A stretch of 64,000 bases of DNA from an uncultured Pseudomonadota bacterium (GTDB taxonomy: Bacteria > Pseudomonadota > Alphaproteobacteria > Rs-D84): positions 121,617 through 185,616 of the forward strand of contig OOHL01000001.1 of NCBI GenBank assembly GCA_900321105.1, written 5' to 3'. Below are positions 47,972 to 58,118 of this stretch, one piece after another (positions within the stretch are counted from its first letter, which is position 1; each line of letters starts with the position of its first letter). The position numbers were made by a program, and so were the translations under genes. Below the pieces are notes generated by a model. The model made no database searches. It saw only the letters and a program-made list of their open reading frames with translations, and was not told the origin of the DNA.

Positions 47972-49282
47972 TTATTTTATTATTTCACCACGCAGGCATG
48001 ATTTATTTGCATCGGTGATTTTTATTTTCTGTAATGGTGTAATTTCAACAGATGGCTTTTCAACGATACATTGTTGCATGTACGGCGTTCGAAATACTAT
48101 ATTATGTCCAGTTTTATCTGTGCCTTCCATTAAACAAACCATTTCTTTCCCAATGCAAGCCATATTAAATTCGCGTTGGTTTTCGTTTAACTGTAAATCA
48201 AGTCTTTGCAAACGAACAGATTTTATTTGTTCACTGATTTGATTGGGCATCAATGCCGCAGCTGTATGCGGGCGGGGTGAATATTTAAAAGAATATGAAT
48301 TGATATATTTTATTTCGCGTGCGATATTCAAAGTTTGTTCAAAATCTTCATCGCTTTCACCAGGGAACCCAACAATAAAATCAGAAGATATTTGAATGTC
48401 TGGACGAACTTGCTTTAACTTTTGAACTATTGTTTTATATGCATCCAAATCATCAGGGCGATTCATTTTCTTTAATATATTTGGTGAACCGCTTTGTATG
48501 GGCATATTTAAAAATGGTAATAATTTTGGTTCAACACCAAACATTTCAATCAAATCATCACTCATTTCTGTTGGATAACTGGATGTGAAACGTATGCGTT
48601 GAATTTCGGATAATTTAGCGGCTTCTTTTATTAAATCAGATAATTTATATAATTTGCCGTTTTCATCTGTATATTTATAACCATTTACATTTTGTCCCAA
48701 AAAACAGATTTCAATTGCACCAGTTTTTGCAGCGTTTATTGTGTCCTTTATAACATCGTCAAATGGACGCGATAATTCGCGACCGCGGGTGTATGGAACG
48801 ATGCAGTAAGTGCAACAATGATTACAACCTTCTTGAATTGGAATATATGCAACCAGTGGGGACTTTTCCATTTTTGGTAATTCATCAAATTTTTCAAGAC
48901 CGCCTAAATCAATATTTAATAATTTTGTATCTGGGGTTTTGATAATTTCTGGTAATTTATGATAACTTTGTGGACCCAAAACAAAATTTAATTCTGGGAT
49001 TCTGCGAAAAGCGTCCGCCCCAGATTCACGTGCAACACACCCAACAATCCCAAGCAGGGCAGATTCTTTCTTTGCGCGTCGTATTCTGCCCAATGCAGAA
49101 TAAACTTTATCAGTTGCCTTGGCACGAACAGAGCAGGTGTTTAAAATAATTAAATCTGCATCTGCTATATCATCAGTTTGTGAAAATCCGTGTTTTTCAA
49201 GCATGGCGGCAATCCTTTGTCCGTCATACACATTCATTTGGCAACCAAAAGTTTGTATAAAAAATTTCTGCATTTTTGACAT
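47972..49282 (-). CDS. miaB: tRNA-2-methylthio-N6-dimethylallyladenosine synthase
   Basis: radical-SAM CxxxCxxC (CNHCCTYC); TRAM domain; N-terminal MTTase Cys triad. Confidence 0.85.
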   Translation of the reverse strand: MSKMQKFFIQTFGCQMNVYDGQRIAAMLEKHGFSQTDDIADADLIILNTCSVRAKATDKVYSALGRIRRAKKESALLGIVGCVARESGADAFRRIPELNFVLGPQSYHKLPEIIKTPDTKLLNIDLGGLEKFDELPKMEKSPLVAYIPIQEGCNHCCTYCIVPYTRGRELSRPFDDVIKDTINAAKTGAIEICFLGQNVNGYKYTDENGKLYKLSDLIKEAAKLSEIQRIRFTSSYPTEMSDDLIEMFGVEPKLLPFLNMPIQSGSPNILKKMNRPDDLDAYKTIVQKLKQVRPDIQISSDFIVGFPGESDEDFEQTLNIAREIKYINSYSFKYSPRPHTAAALMPNQISEQIKSVRLQRLDLQLNENQREFNMACIGKEMVCLMEGTDKTGHNIVFRTPYMQQCIVEKPSVEITPLQKIKITDANKSCLRGEIIK

Positions 49283-49286
49283 TTTT

Positions 49287-49592
49287 TTATCTTCGTCTTG
49301 TTGTACTAAACATCATTTTATGATTTTGTTTTATTTTATTAACATAGTGTTTAATTTTTTGTTTCGGTATAATTGGCATTTCTATTGGATATGCGACGAG
49401 TTCATAGGGTTTTGAATTTAATTTTTCAAAAATTTTCTGAATGCTTTCTTCAATATCTTCTTGTTGTATTATAAGATTTGCACAATTTATATCGGGTGTT
49501 ATTTCAATATGATTCAGGGATAAAACATGTGCTATTTTATCCCGCATCATATAATCTATGTCTGGTGAAATAAAGACAATGACATCTCGCAT
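49287..49592 (-). CDS. small hypothetical ORF between gatB and miaB
   Basis: 101-aa ORF; overlaps the gatB stop region by 37 nt; weak support. Confidence 0.2.
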   Translation of the reverse strand: MRDVIVFISPDIDYMMRDKIAHVLSLNHIEITPDINCANLIIQQEDIEESIQKIFEKLNSKPYELVAYPIEMPIIPKQKIKHYVNKIKQNHKMMFSTTRRR

Positions 49593-51088
49593 ATTTTTTT
49601 TGGGTTTGCCTGGCCATGTGTTGCCTTCATAACATTACCAACAAAGAAGCCGAGTAATCCAACCTTGCCAGATTTATATTGTTCAACCTGGGACGGATTG
49701 TTTTTGATAACTTCGTCAACAGCACTTTCAATTGCACCGGTATCGGTGATTTGTTTCATACCATATTTATCGGCAATTTCATGGATTGTTCCGCGTTCAC
49801 CATCAAGCATCTTGATAAATATTTCTTTGGCCTGTTTACCATTGATTTCGTTCGCGGCAATCATATCAACCAATTCCGCAATGTTTTCAGGTGTGATAAT
49901 ACGTGGTGCATCTGGGTCAGAATTTTCTTTGATTTGATTTTCAATATCAAAGTTTTCTGGGTGAGCAAACAATTCAGAAATCATCCAGTTAGCAACTGGT
50001 TTTGCACGTTCTTTTTTACCGTCTACTGCTGCATCATACCAATGTGAAATATCAACTGTCTCTGTTAAACGATTCGCATCATATTCTGATAAACCATATT
50101 CATTAATATATCTTGCACGTGTTGCAGATGGTAATTCAGGCATTGTTTTACGAATGCGTTCAATATCGTCATCGGTGATTTCCAATTCCAACAAATCTGG
50201 ATCTGGGAAGTAACGATAATCAAGTGCATCTTCTTTACTGCGCAATACAGATGTTGTTCCATCATCTTGGTGATAACGCATAGTATCTTGTGAGACAGTG
50301 CCACCGTTTTCCAGGATTTCTACCTGACGTTTTGCTTCATATTCAATGGCAGCTTTGATAAATTTGAAAGACACCATGTTTTTGGTTTCTGTACGTGTAC
50401 CAAATGTTTTTGAACCCACAGGACGAACAGATACATTAACGTCTGCACGCATTGAACCTTCTTCCATATTTGCTTTTGAAACGCCAAGTGCACGTGCAAT
50501 TTCGCGAATTTCACGCAGGTATCTTTCGGCTTCGTCAGGCGATGTTATATACGAATTATTTTCAGGATTTTTAGTGTCCAAAAATGTTACGATTTCCAAT
50601 AACATAACTCCACAACGATTATAATCAACGAAAGATTTCATTGGGTGCATATCGTGTTTGTTTTTAGCGGCATCTTGTTCCATATGTGCGCGTTCGATTA
50701 AAATCTTTTTTGGATTTCCGTCATCACCCATAATTTCAACCCAACCACGTCCAACCACTGGTGGTTCTTCTGCCGGTTGTGAAATCTGATAACCTTGGGG
50801 CAGGTCAGGGTAAAAATATTGTTTACGTGCAAATTTAGAATGATGTGAAATTTCAGCGTTGATACCTAAACCAAATTTAATAGCCTGTTCGACACAGTAT
50901 TTGTTCAATACTGGCAACATCCCTGGCATTGCGACATCAATCATGCAAGCCTGGGTATTAGGGGCAACCGTTGGATTATAATCAGCGGATGCACCACTGA
51001 ATAATTTACTGTTGGATAAAACTTCGATGTGAGTTTCCAATCCAATAACTACTTCCCAATCTGTTGTTTTGCCTTTTATAGTAAACAT
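49556..51088 (-). CDS. gatB: aspartyl/glutamyl-tRNA amidotransferase subunit B
   Basis: conserved GatB N-terminus MFTIKGKTTDWEVVIGLETHIE; C-terminal YqeY-like domain. Confidence 0.85.
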   Translation of the reverse strand: MFTIKGKTTDWEVVIGLETHIEVLSNSKLFSGASADYNPTVAPNTQACMIDVAMPGMLPVLNKYCVEQAIKFGLGINAEISHHSKFARKQYFYPDLPQGYQISQPAEEPPVVGRGWVEIMGDDGNPKKILIERAHMEQDAAKNKHDMHPMKSFVDYNRCGVMLLEIVTFLDTKNPENNSYITSPDEAERYLREIREIARALGVSKANMEEGSMRADVNVSVRPVGSKTFGTRTETKNMVSFKFIKAAIEYEAKRQVEILENGGTVSQDTMRYHQDDGTTSVLRSKEDALDYRYFPDPDLLELEITDDDIERIRKTMPELPSATRARYINEYGLSEYDANRLTETVDISHWYDAAVDGKKERAKPVANWMISELFAHPENFDIENQIKENSDPDAPRIITPENIAELVDMIAANEINGKQAKEIFIKMLDGERGTIHEIADKYGMKQITDTGAIESAVDEVIKNNPSQVEQYKSGKVGLLGFFVGNVMKATHGQANPKKICEMSLSLFHQT

Positions 51089-51139
51089 TTTTCTTTTTCC
51101 TTGCTTTTTTGTTTTTTGTATCTTATTATATCGTCCGTT

Positions 51140-51215
51140 GGCTAGATAGCTCAGTTGGTAGAGCAAGGGACTGAAAATCCCTGTGTCAGTAGTTCGATTC
51201 TACTTCTAGCCACCA
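51140..51215 (+). tRNA. tRNA-Phe (anticodon GAA), with encoded CCA
   Basis: cloverleaf; acceptor GGCTAGA/TCTAGCC; anticodon loop CUGAAAA; T-loop AGTTCGATTCT. Confidence 0.9.
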
Positions 51216-51219
51216 TTTT

Positions 51220-52698
51220 TTATTTCCCCATTATTTTTGTTGGACGATTATCAATTGCAGCGCAATCTTCAATATGCTTTGCGAGTTGTAATACACGCAT
51301 ATCGTCGAAGCGATGACCAACAACTTGCATGCCCAAAGGTAAACCGTTTTGTGCCAAACCACATGGAACACTGCATGCAGGGATTCCAGCCAAGTTCATG
51401 GCCACAGTGAACAAATCCAAAGCATAATATTCCAGTGGTGTTAAATCTGAATCAAGCGGTAATGCGGTTCCGGCGGAAGATGGGCAAACAATCAAATCGC
51501 ATTGTTCAAATGCCTTGGTAAAACTGTCCGCTATCATACGACGAACACGTGCGGCCTGCATGAAATATACTTCATAAGATTCAGATGATAACACGGCGGT
51601 TCCTATAATCATACGACGTTGAACTTCTTCGCCAAATCCGGCGGCACGTGTTTTTTTGTATGTATCATAAGGACCATCACCTTCAACACGCATACCATAT
51701 CTCATACCATCATAACGTGCTAAGTTTGAAGAAGCCTCGGCAGGTGCGATGATATAGTATGCCGCCAAAGCGTCCAAGATATTTGGAATTGATACTTCGA
51801 CTATTTCAGCACCCAAAGATTTCAAATCTGCGATACGTTTTTCAAACAATGTTTTCATATCATCAGAAATTTTTACATTGTTGAATTCTTTGATTACACC
51901 GATGCGTAATTTTTTACCGTCGCCCAATACAGGTTGCAAATTGCCATCGCTTTCAAAGTTTGCCTTTGGTGAAGATGTTGAATCTTTTGTATCGTGTCCC
52001 GCCATAGCCGATAACATCAATGCGACATCTTCAACTGTTCTTGCAATTGGTCCAGGTGTGTCTAAACTTGAAGCAAATGCAACACAACCCCAACGTGAGC
52101 ATAAACCGTATGTTGGTTTCATACCAACCAAACCAGTCATTGCGGACGGGAAACGAATTGAACCACCGGTATCTGTTCCGGTTGCCGCAATTGCAAGTCC
52201 AGCGGCAACGGCACTGGTTGAACCACCCGATGAACCACCGGCTGTTAATCTTTTTTCTATTTGCCATGGATTTACAGGCGCACCAAAGAAAGATGTCTTG
52301 GAAAATGTTCCCATTGCAAATTCATCCAAATTAGCCTTGCCAAGCAATACTGTTCCGGCATCAATGAATTTTTGTGAAACGGTTGATTCATATTCTGGAA
52401 CAAAATTTTCAAGCATACGTGATGCAGCGGTTGTACGAATACCACGCGTAGCAAACAAATCTTTCATTGCGATTGGCATACCGTCCAAAGGAAGCACATT
52501 GCCATTTGCATAACGTTCATCAGATGCCGCGGCGTCCGATAGTGCGCGTTCAGGTGTGATGGTGATATAGCAATTCAAATCGGTTCCAAACTGTTCAATA
52601 CGATTTAAATAGGCGCGTGTTAATTCAGTCGCACTTATTTCACGTGCTTTTAATTTTTCAAGTGCTTGTTTTATTGTTAAATTTATCATCTTCATCAC
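51220..52698 (-). CDS. gatA: glutamyl-tRNA(Gln) amidotransferase subunit A
   Basis: amidase signature GGSSGGS... Confidence 0.85.
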   Translation of the reverse strand: MMKMINLTIKQALEKLKAREISATELTRAYLNRIEQFGTDLNCYITITPERALSDAAASDERYANGNVLPLDGMPIAMKDLFATRGIRTTAASRMLENFVPEYESTVSQKFIDAGTVLLGKANLDEFAMGTFSKTSFFGAPVNPWQIEKRLTAGGSSGGSTSAVAAGLAIAATGTDTGGSIRFPSAMTGLVGMKPTYGLCSRWGCVAFASSLDTPGPIARTVEDVALMLSAMAGHDTKDSTSSPKANFESDGNLQPVLGDGKKLRIGVIKEFNNVKISDDMKTLFEKRIADLKSLGAEIVEVSIPNILDALAAYYIIAPAEASSNLARYDGMRYGMRVEGDGPYDTYKKTRAAGFGEEVQRRMIIGTAVLSSESYEVYFMQAARVRRMIADSFTKAFEQCDLIVCPSSAGTALPLDSDLTPLEYYALDLFTVAMNLAGIPACSVPCGLAQNGLPLGMQVVGHRFDDMRVLQLAKHIEDCAAIDNRPTKIMGK

Positions 52699-52701
52699 CC
52701 T

Positions 52702-52998
52702 TTAATCTTCATCCATGATTTTTGGAACCGCAAAATAGCCACGTGATACGCCGGCGGTATCTGGTGTGTTTGTCATGATTTTATCGCGCATGTTTGGTTC
52801 GGTTACAACATCTTCACGCAGTGGTAATTTATGTTCGGATGGATTTAACATAGGTTTGACACCGGTGGTATCAATTTGCTGTAATTTATCCAACCATTCA
52901 ATAACACCATCAATATTCATTTTTTCCAATTTCTCATCAGATATTTCAATTTTTATTAAATCTGCGAATTTTTGTAATTGTTTCTTGCTAAATGCCAT
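52702..52998 (-). CDS. gatC: glutamyl-tRNA(Gln) amidotransferase subunit C
   Basis: size and position upstream of gatA; conserved LAKLEISDEE-like N-terminus. Confidence 0.75.
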   Translation of the reverse strand: MAFSKKQLQKFADLIKIEISDEKLEKMNIDGVIEWLDKLQQIDTTGVKPMLNPSEHKLPLREDVVTEPNMRDKIMTNTPDTAGVSRGYFAVPKIMDED

Positions 52999-53035
52999 TT
53001 TGAATCCTATTATTTAAAACATAAAGGATTATACT

Positions 53036-53482
53036 ATGATTTTATCTGATTACAAGGATTTTCCGCGCAATGGACGCATATTATCTCTGGATTGGGGACT
53101 TCGTAGATGTGGGGTTGCCGTATCGGATGAAAATCGTAATTTTGTCTTTGTTCGACCACAGTTATATATCAAAACCCAAGATGAGTTAATTCAAAATGTA
53201 TTGGGTATTATAGCGGAAGATAAAATATCTGGAATAGTAATTGGTTTGCCGCTTTATTCAGATGGAACAGATTCTGATACAACCAAAATGGTTCGTGAAT
53301 TTGCTAAAATCTTGTCGAACAACACAGATTTACCGATAATTTTCATTGAAGAAAACCTTACCAGTGCGACGGCCCAGGAAGAAATAGGGCGCAAAAGCAT
53401 CACAAAAATCAAGCAAGAGCTTGATTCTGTGTCTGCAAAAATAATCCTTGAAAATGCAATCAGTATGCTACGACGAATTTAG
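53036..53482 (+). CDS. ruvX: Holliday-junction-resolvase-like nuclease YqgF/RuvX
   Basis: LSLDWGLRRCGVAVSD N-terminal motif. Confidence 0.75.
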   Translation: MILSDYKDFPRNGRILSLDWGLRRCGVAVSDENRNFVFVRPQLYIKTQDELIQNVLGIIAEDKISGIVIGLPLYSDGTDSDTTKMVREFAKILSNNTDLPIIFIEENLTSATAQEEIGRKSITKIKQELDSVSAKIILENAISMLRRI

Positions 53483-54522
53483 TCGTTTTGTGTTTCGTCT
53501 GGGATTTTGCCATCTGTTGACAACAATGTCGCAATCCAACGTGTTGATGAAAATTGTGCCGTTGTGATATATATTGCCACCAAAATTGGAACGCTGAAAA
53601 ACATTCCGGCGGGTCCCCAAATCATTCCCCAAAAAACTAAATTTATCAATATAGCCAGTGTTGAAATATTTAATGTTTTTCCAGTCAATTTTGGATCCAA
53701 AATATTTCCAAAAATAATTTCTAGACCGATTAATGAAATTGCGGTAAATACTGGTAAATGCCAGGTGTCGCCACTTATCAATGCATAAACAATAGGTAAT
53801 CCACAGGCCAGTATAGAACCAATTGTTGGAATATAATTTAAGATGAAGATTATAAATGCCCAAACCGATGCATATTCCAATCCTATGAAATGTAAAACTA
53901 TGTATGCACAAAGTCCAGTTGCAGCAGAAATAAATGTTTTTGTGAACAGATATTTTTTCATGTTTTCATCAATGCTGTTTAAAATAAAACGCAATTTTTT
54001 TGATTTAATACGACTTAATGGCATGGCATCGATTTTTTTATTGAACGAACTTTGTTCAACAAACATAAATATCAGATAGATTAAAACCATACCTGTTGAT
54101 GTGGCAATTCCAGCCAAAGATGAACCAATGTATCCGGCGATTTGTGGCAGATTTGGTATTAAATTTATATCAATATCAAAACCTATTTTTCTTGAAATAT
54201 ATTCAGAAAATATCAACAGTTTCTGTTGTAATACAGGTGTTGCATTATAAAGTTCAACCAACATAGGTTTAATTTGTGTAGCGAACAAAAATATAATAAA
54301 ACCGACACTAGCAAAAGATAACAGCACCGATAATACGGTATAAGATTTTGATAAATAAACATTGCATTTTTCTGATTTATAACATGGCATAATACGTCTG
54401 TAATATACGGCAATTGCATTTAATAAATACCATAAAAATGTTGCAAAAAGCAGTGGGATAAATATTGAACGTCCAATCCATAATATAAATATCAGCCCAA
54501 TGAAAAATACAATGTTATGCAT
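53479..54522 (-). CDS. AI-2E family transporter (PerM-like)
   Basis: 8-TM profile; conserved GLEYASVWAFIIFILNYIPTIG region. Confidence 0.6.
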   Translation of the reverse strand: MHNIVFFIGLIFILWIGRSIFIPLLFATFLWYLLNAIAVYYRRIMPCYKSEKCNVYLSKSYTVLSVLLSFASVGFIIFLFATQIKPMLVELYNATPVLQQKLLIFSEYISRKIGFDIDINLIPNLPQIAGYIGSSLAGIATSTGMVLIYLIFMFVEQSSFNKKIDAMPLSRIKSKKLRFILNSIDENMKKYLFTKTFISAATGLCAYIVLHFIGLEYASVWAFIIFILNYIPTIGSILACGLPIVYALISGDTWHLPVFTAISLIGLEIIFGNILDPKLTGKTLNISTLAILINLVFWGMIWGPAGMFFSVPILVAIYITTAQFSSTRWIATLLSTDGKIPDETQND

Positions 54523-54526
54523 ATCT

Positions 54527-55360
54527 TTATCCTATTGTTAAAAGCATTGCTAATAATATTGCAATGTTGATTCCGACTGCTGTTAATGCGTACCCATGAT
54601 TGATATCTTTTATAAAATCTTTTTTGTGTTTAACATACCAGATTGTATAAATAACCATTAATGCACATGTTAAAACTGTTGTTGAAAGTCCTGATATTAT
54701 GCATTTATACAATATCAAAAACATAAATACAAAAAGTATATTCGAAAAACTGGACATAACCCAATTATTAAAGCGATTATACCAATCTGATTTAATCAAT
54801 AAATTTGATTTCTTGCTTTTTTCTTCAATCAAATATCCAGGCATCCACATTAATAAAAACCCAAACGGCATTGATAATATTGTTTTCCATGGCGAAATAC
54901 CCATTGTTGTTGCGCGTTTGTATTTTGCATAAACCCCGGAAATCGCAAGTCCCAATAAATAAATACTAATCAGTGATATTATTGCAAATACAATCATGAA
55001 TATTGTTGTTTGTGATGAATACAGCATCAAAATTTTTTGTTGCGGATTGTCTCCTAGTAATTCAATACCAAATATTCCAATCAAAGAAGACATTATTGAA
55101 ATAATGTAGTTGCCGTTTGTAATCGCAATGAAATCATTTCGTGGCATTTTATCGTGCGGCAATTTCTTTATCATATAATATGCAGAAAATCCAAATGCAA
55201 AACCAATTATAAAATATGCAGGAAAATTTGATTCAAAATGAACAAACGTTTGAATTAATGAATAAAACAATCCCAGAATAATTATCATCCCAAAAAATAT
55301 TGCTGTAAATATAACTGGTTTATTAAAAAGCCATTGTTTTAATTGTGTAATATTTTTCAT
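54527..55360 (-). CDS. hypothetical multi-TM membrane protein
   Basis: 277 aa, highly hydrophobic; sits where sufD would be expected, downstream of sufC. Confidence 0.4.
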   Translation of the reverse strand: MKNITQLKQWLFNKPVIFTAIFFGMIIILGLFYSLIQTFVHFESNFPAYFIIGFAFGFSAYYMIKKLPHDKMPRNDFIAITNGNYIISIMSSLIGIFGIELLGDNPQQKILMLYSSQTTIFMIVFAIISLISIYLLGLAISGVYAKYKRATTMGISPWKTILSMPFGFLLMWMPGYLIEEKSKKSNLLIKSDWYNRFNNWVMSSFSNILFVFMFLILYKCIISGLSTTVLTCALMVIYTIWYVKHKKDFIKDINHGYALTAVGINIAILLAMLLTIG

Positions 55361-55386
55361 GTTATTTTCCTTTCCTTTGTCTTTAT

Positions 55387-56064
55387 TTATTCTATCACAA
55401 TTTCACCATTATCCAAAGTGGTTGTTTGTGTTATGTTGATTGATGATGAAAAAGTATCCTGGTGCGATATAAATAAAAATGTAGTGTCTTTCATTTCGTT
55501 TATTATTGATGCAATTTGTTTTTGTACGTCCGCATCAGCACCAGAATCTGGTTCATCAAGAATAGCAAATTTTGGATTTGTTAAAACAAGACGCAACAGC
55601 ATAACGCGTTTGCGTTCACCACCAGAAAAACCAACGTTTACGTAACGATTTAACCATTCTTTTGGAATGTCCAATTGTTCGCGCGCTGATTCTAATTTTT
55701 CTAAAAATTCGCCCATGGACAAATCTTTTCCTGTGTTAAAATGGGTGTGGGCAATCATTGAATGTTTAAGAAAAGATAACAATGTTAATCCTGGAATTTC
55801 CGGGACATTTTGTGCGCCAATAAATATTCCCATCAATGCGCGGGTTGTTGCGTTTTCATTTGTTATATCAACACCATTGAAAATTATCTTACCGCTATCA
55901 ATATGGTAAATTGCATCGCCAGCGATTGTATTTACTAATGTAGATTTTCCAGAACCATTATGTCCAGCAAGTCTGTGTCGTGCACCATCTTGCACAACCA
56001 TATTAATGTTTTTTAATAACGGTTTTTTATCCATTGATACACAAAGATTTTTTATTTCTAACAT
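55387..56064 (-). CDS. sufC: Fe-S cluster assembly ATPase SufC
   Basis: Walker A GHNGSGKST; ABC signature FSGGERKR. Confidence 0.85.
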   Translation of the reverse strand: MLEIKNLCVSMDKKPLLKNINMVVQDGARHRLAGHNGSGKSTLVNTIAGDAIYHIDSGKIIFNGVDITNENATTRALMGIFIGAQNVPEIPGLTLLSFLKHSMIAHTHFNTGKDLSMGEFLEKLESAREQLDIPKEWLNRYVNVGFSGGERKRVMLLRLVLTNPKFAILDEPDSGADADVQKQIASIINEMKDTTFLFISHQDTFSSSINITQTTTLDNGEIVIE

Positions 56065-56067
56065 TTT

Positions 56068-57408
56068 TTATTCTTTCTTTAAAGCCATTTGTATTAATTG
56101 TTTTGATTCTACCAAGAATTCCATCGGCAATCTAGAAATAATTGGTGATGCACTTGCACCTATAATCAATGCGATTGCTTCGTCTTCGCCCATGCCACTT
56201 TGCATCAGGAAAAGCAGCGCATCTTTATCGATAGCACCCGTGGTTGCTTCGTGTGATTGCTGATTTTTAGCATTTGTATGAACAACTGTTGGTATCGTAT
56301 TTGCTGTTGCGTTGTTCCCAATTATACGGCTGTCGCATTTGCAGGCATTTTTACCGTTTTGTCCAGAAAATGAAACCAGACTGCGAAATGTTTGTCGCGA
56401 ATAATCTGTTGCAACACCATAGGATACAATGTTTGATTTTGTATTATTTCCAATATGAATCATTTTTGTTCCGGTATCAGCCTGTTGTGCGCCGCGTGTG
56501 ATGGAAAGTGAATAAAAATCACTTGTTGAATTATCACCATGTAAAATAGTTGATGGATATTTCCATGTCATTGCAGAGCCAATTTCAACCTGGGTCCAAT
56601 CAAGTGATGCATTTTCAAAACATTTTCCGCGTTTTGTGACAAAATTTAAAATACCGTTTTTATTATTGTTTAATCCGTTATGTTTCGCGAAATCCCCCGC
56701 ATACCAATTTTGGACGGTTGAATATTTAACCGATGCATTATCGTGGACAATTATTTCTACGACCCCGCTGTGTAATTGATGATTTGGGCGACGTGGGGCG
56801 CTGCATCCTTCCATGTACGAAAGAGAAGAACCAGATTCAGCAATGATTAATGTGCGTTCAAATTGACCAATTTTTGCCGTTTCAATTCGAAAATAACTGG
56901 CCAAATCAATTGGGCATTTTACGTTCTTTGGAATATATACGAATGTTCCATCTGAAAACACAGACGCGTTTAATGCGGCAAAGAAATTATCATCATTTGG
57001 AACAACACTGCCCAGGTATTGTTTTACTAATTCTGGATGTTCAACAACCGCTTCGGATAACGGTAAAAATATTATGCCCAATTTCTTTAATTCATCACTG
57101 TATGATGTGTGAACGGATTTGCTGTCTATAACAGTATCTGTTGCCATACCGAGCAGGGCGCGCTGTTCGCTTTCTGGCAGGCCCATTTTATCATATGTTT
57201 TTTTTAGTTCGGAATTATCTATCTTTTCTGCGTTGTTATAATAATTAAGCGCATCATAATCAATTGGGGCATAATCAATTTCAGCCCAATGTGGTTCTTT
57301 CATTTTTTGCCATTTTTGGAAAGCATCAATCCGCCAATTAAGAAGCCAATCTGGCTCGTTACGCAACGATGATATTTCTTTGATAAGTTTTTCGTTTAAT
57401 GTCTTCAT
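56068..57408 (-). CDS. sufB: Fe-S cluster assembly scaffold SufB (less likely SufD)
   Basis: EGCSAPRR, DTGTKMIHIGNNTKSNIVS and RLPMEFLVE SufB-type motifs. Confidence 0.7.
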   Translation of the reverse strand: MKTLNEKLIKEISSLRNEPDWLLNWRIDAFQKWQKMKEPHWAEIDYAPIDYDALNYYNNAEKIDNSELKKTYDKMGLPESEQRALLGMATDTVIDSKSVHTSYSDELKKLGIIFLPLSEAVVEHPELVKQYLGSVVPNDDNFFAALNASVFSDGTFVYIPKNVKCPIDLASYFRIETAKIGQFERTLIIAESGSSLSYMEGCSAPRRPNHQLHSGVVEIIVHDNASVKYSTVQNWYAGDFAKHNGLNNNKNGILNFVTKRGKCFENASLDWTQVEIGSAMTWKYPSTILHGDNSTSDFYSLSITRGAQQADTGTKMIHIGNNTKSNIVSYGVATDYSRQTFRSLVSFSGQNGKNACKCDSRIIGNNATANTIPTVVHTNAKNQQSHEATTGAIDKDALLFLMQSGMGEDEAIALIIGASASPIISRLPMEFLVESKQLIQMALKKE

Positions 57409-57956
57409 TTATCTGTTGTTGCTAATGTTTGAGCCTGGGCAAAAAATGTTAACGATTGTCCCAAAAGACCGTCAGTAAATGTTGTTGATAAAATTCCATC
57501 TGTATCTGTTGACGCCATATGTTGTAAGAACATATTTGCACGATTAAGGTAATGCGACACGTTGTGCGCAATATTTGAATCAAGTTTTATTGCGCGACGC
57601 AATTTTTCCAATACAAATGGATTTTTTGCGTATTCGTCCATTATCCCGCCCAGTGCGCGCCAAAGCGGATGTTCAGAAGTATTGCGCGGCATTACATCCA
57701 TTGTCGCCATAATAGGAATCAAATCTTGCAGCAAGTCTTGATATATAATTTCAGCCTTGTCAGTTGTTTCATTAACGGAAAATTTGTTTTTCAAAACGTT
57801 TTTAATTTTTGCCAATAAATCGTATTGGTGTGTCAAAGTTTTCATGATATCGCGTATGTTTTTATTTGCATTAAAAGTAAAGAAAACCGATACTAAAGTT
57901 CCCAAGATACAAATACTAAGTAAAATCAATATAATTGTATTTTCCATGTTTTTCAC
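57405..57956 (-). CDS. hypothetical membrane-anchored protein; its stop overlaps the sufB start
   Basis: N-terminal TM; 183 aa. Confidence 0.35.
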   Translation of the reverse strand: MKNMENTIILILLSICILGTLVSVFFTFNANKNIRDIMKTLTHQYDLLAKIKNVLKNKFSVNETTDKAEIIYQDLLQDLIPIMATMDVMPRNTSEHPLWRALGGIMDEYAKNPFVLEKLRRAIKLDSNIAHNVSHYLNRANMFLQHMASTDTDGILSTTFTDGLLGQSLTFFAQAQTLATTDK

Positions 57957-58118
57957 CCTGATTTAGAAATTTCATGATTACCAGTATAACATGTTTTAGC
58001 GATTCGTGCGATTTTTTATGTGTTTTATTTTTTTGTGATTTTTATGTTTTTAAGTCTTGCACAGATTCGGTCAAATTGTTATAATCATATATAATAATTA
58101 AAAGGAAAGGAAAAAAAT

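Noticed and set aside
56068-57408. Alternative call of this gene as sufD
   Set aside because: The EGCSAP, DTGTKMIHIGNNTKS and LPMEF motifs fit SufB better, and Cys residues are present (SufD usually lacks them); ambiguity remains because SufB and SufD are paralogs.
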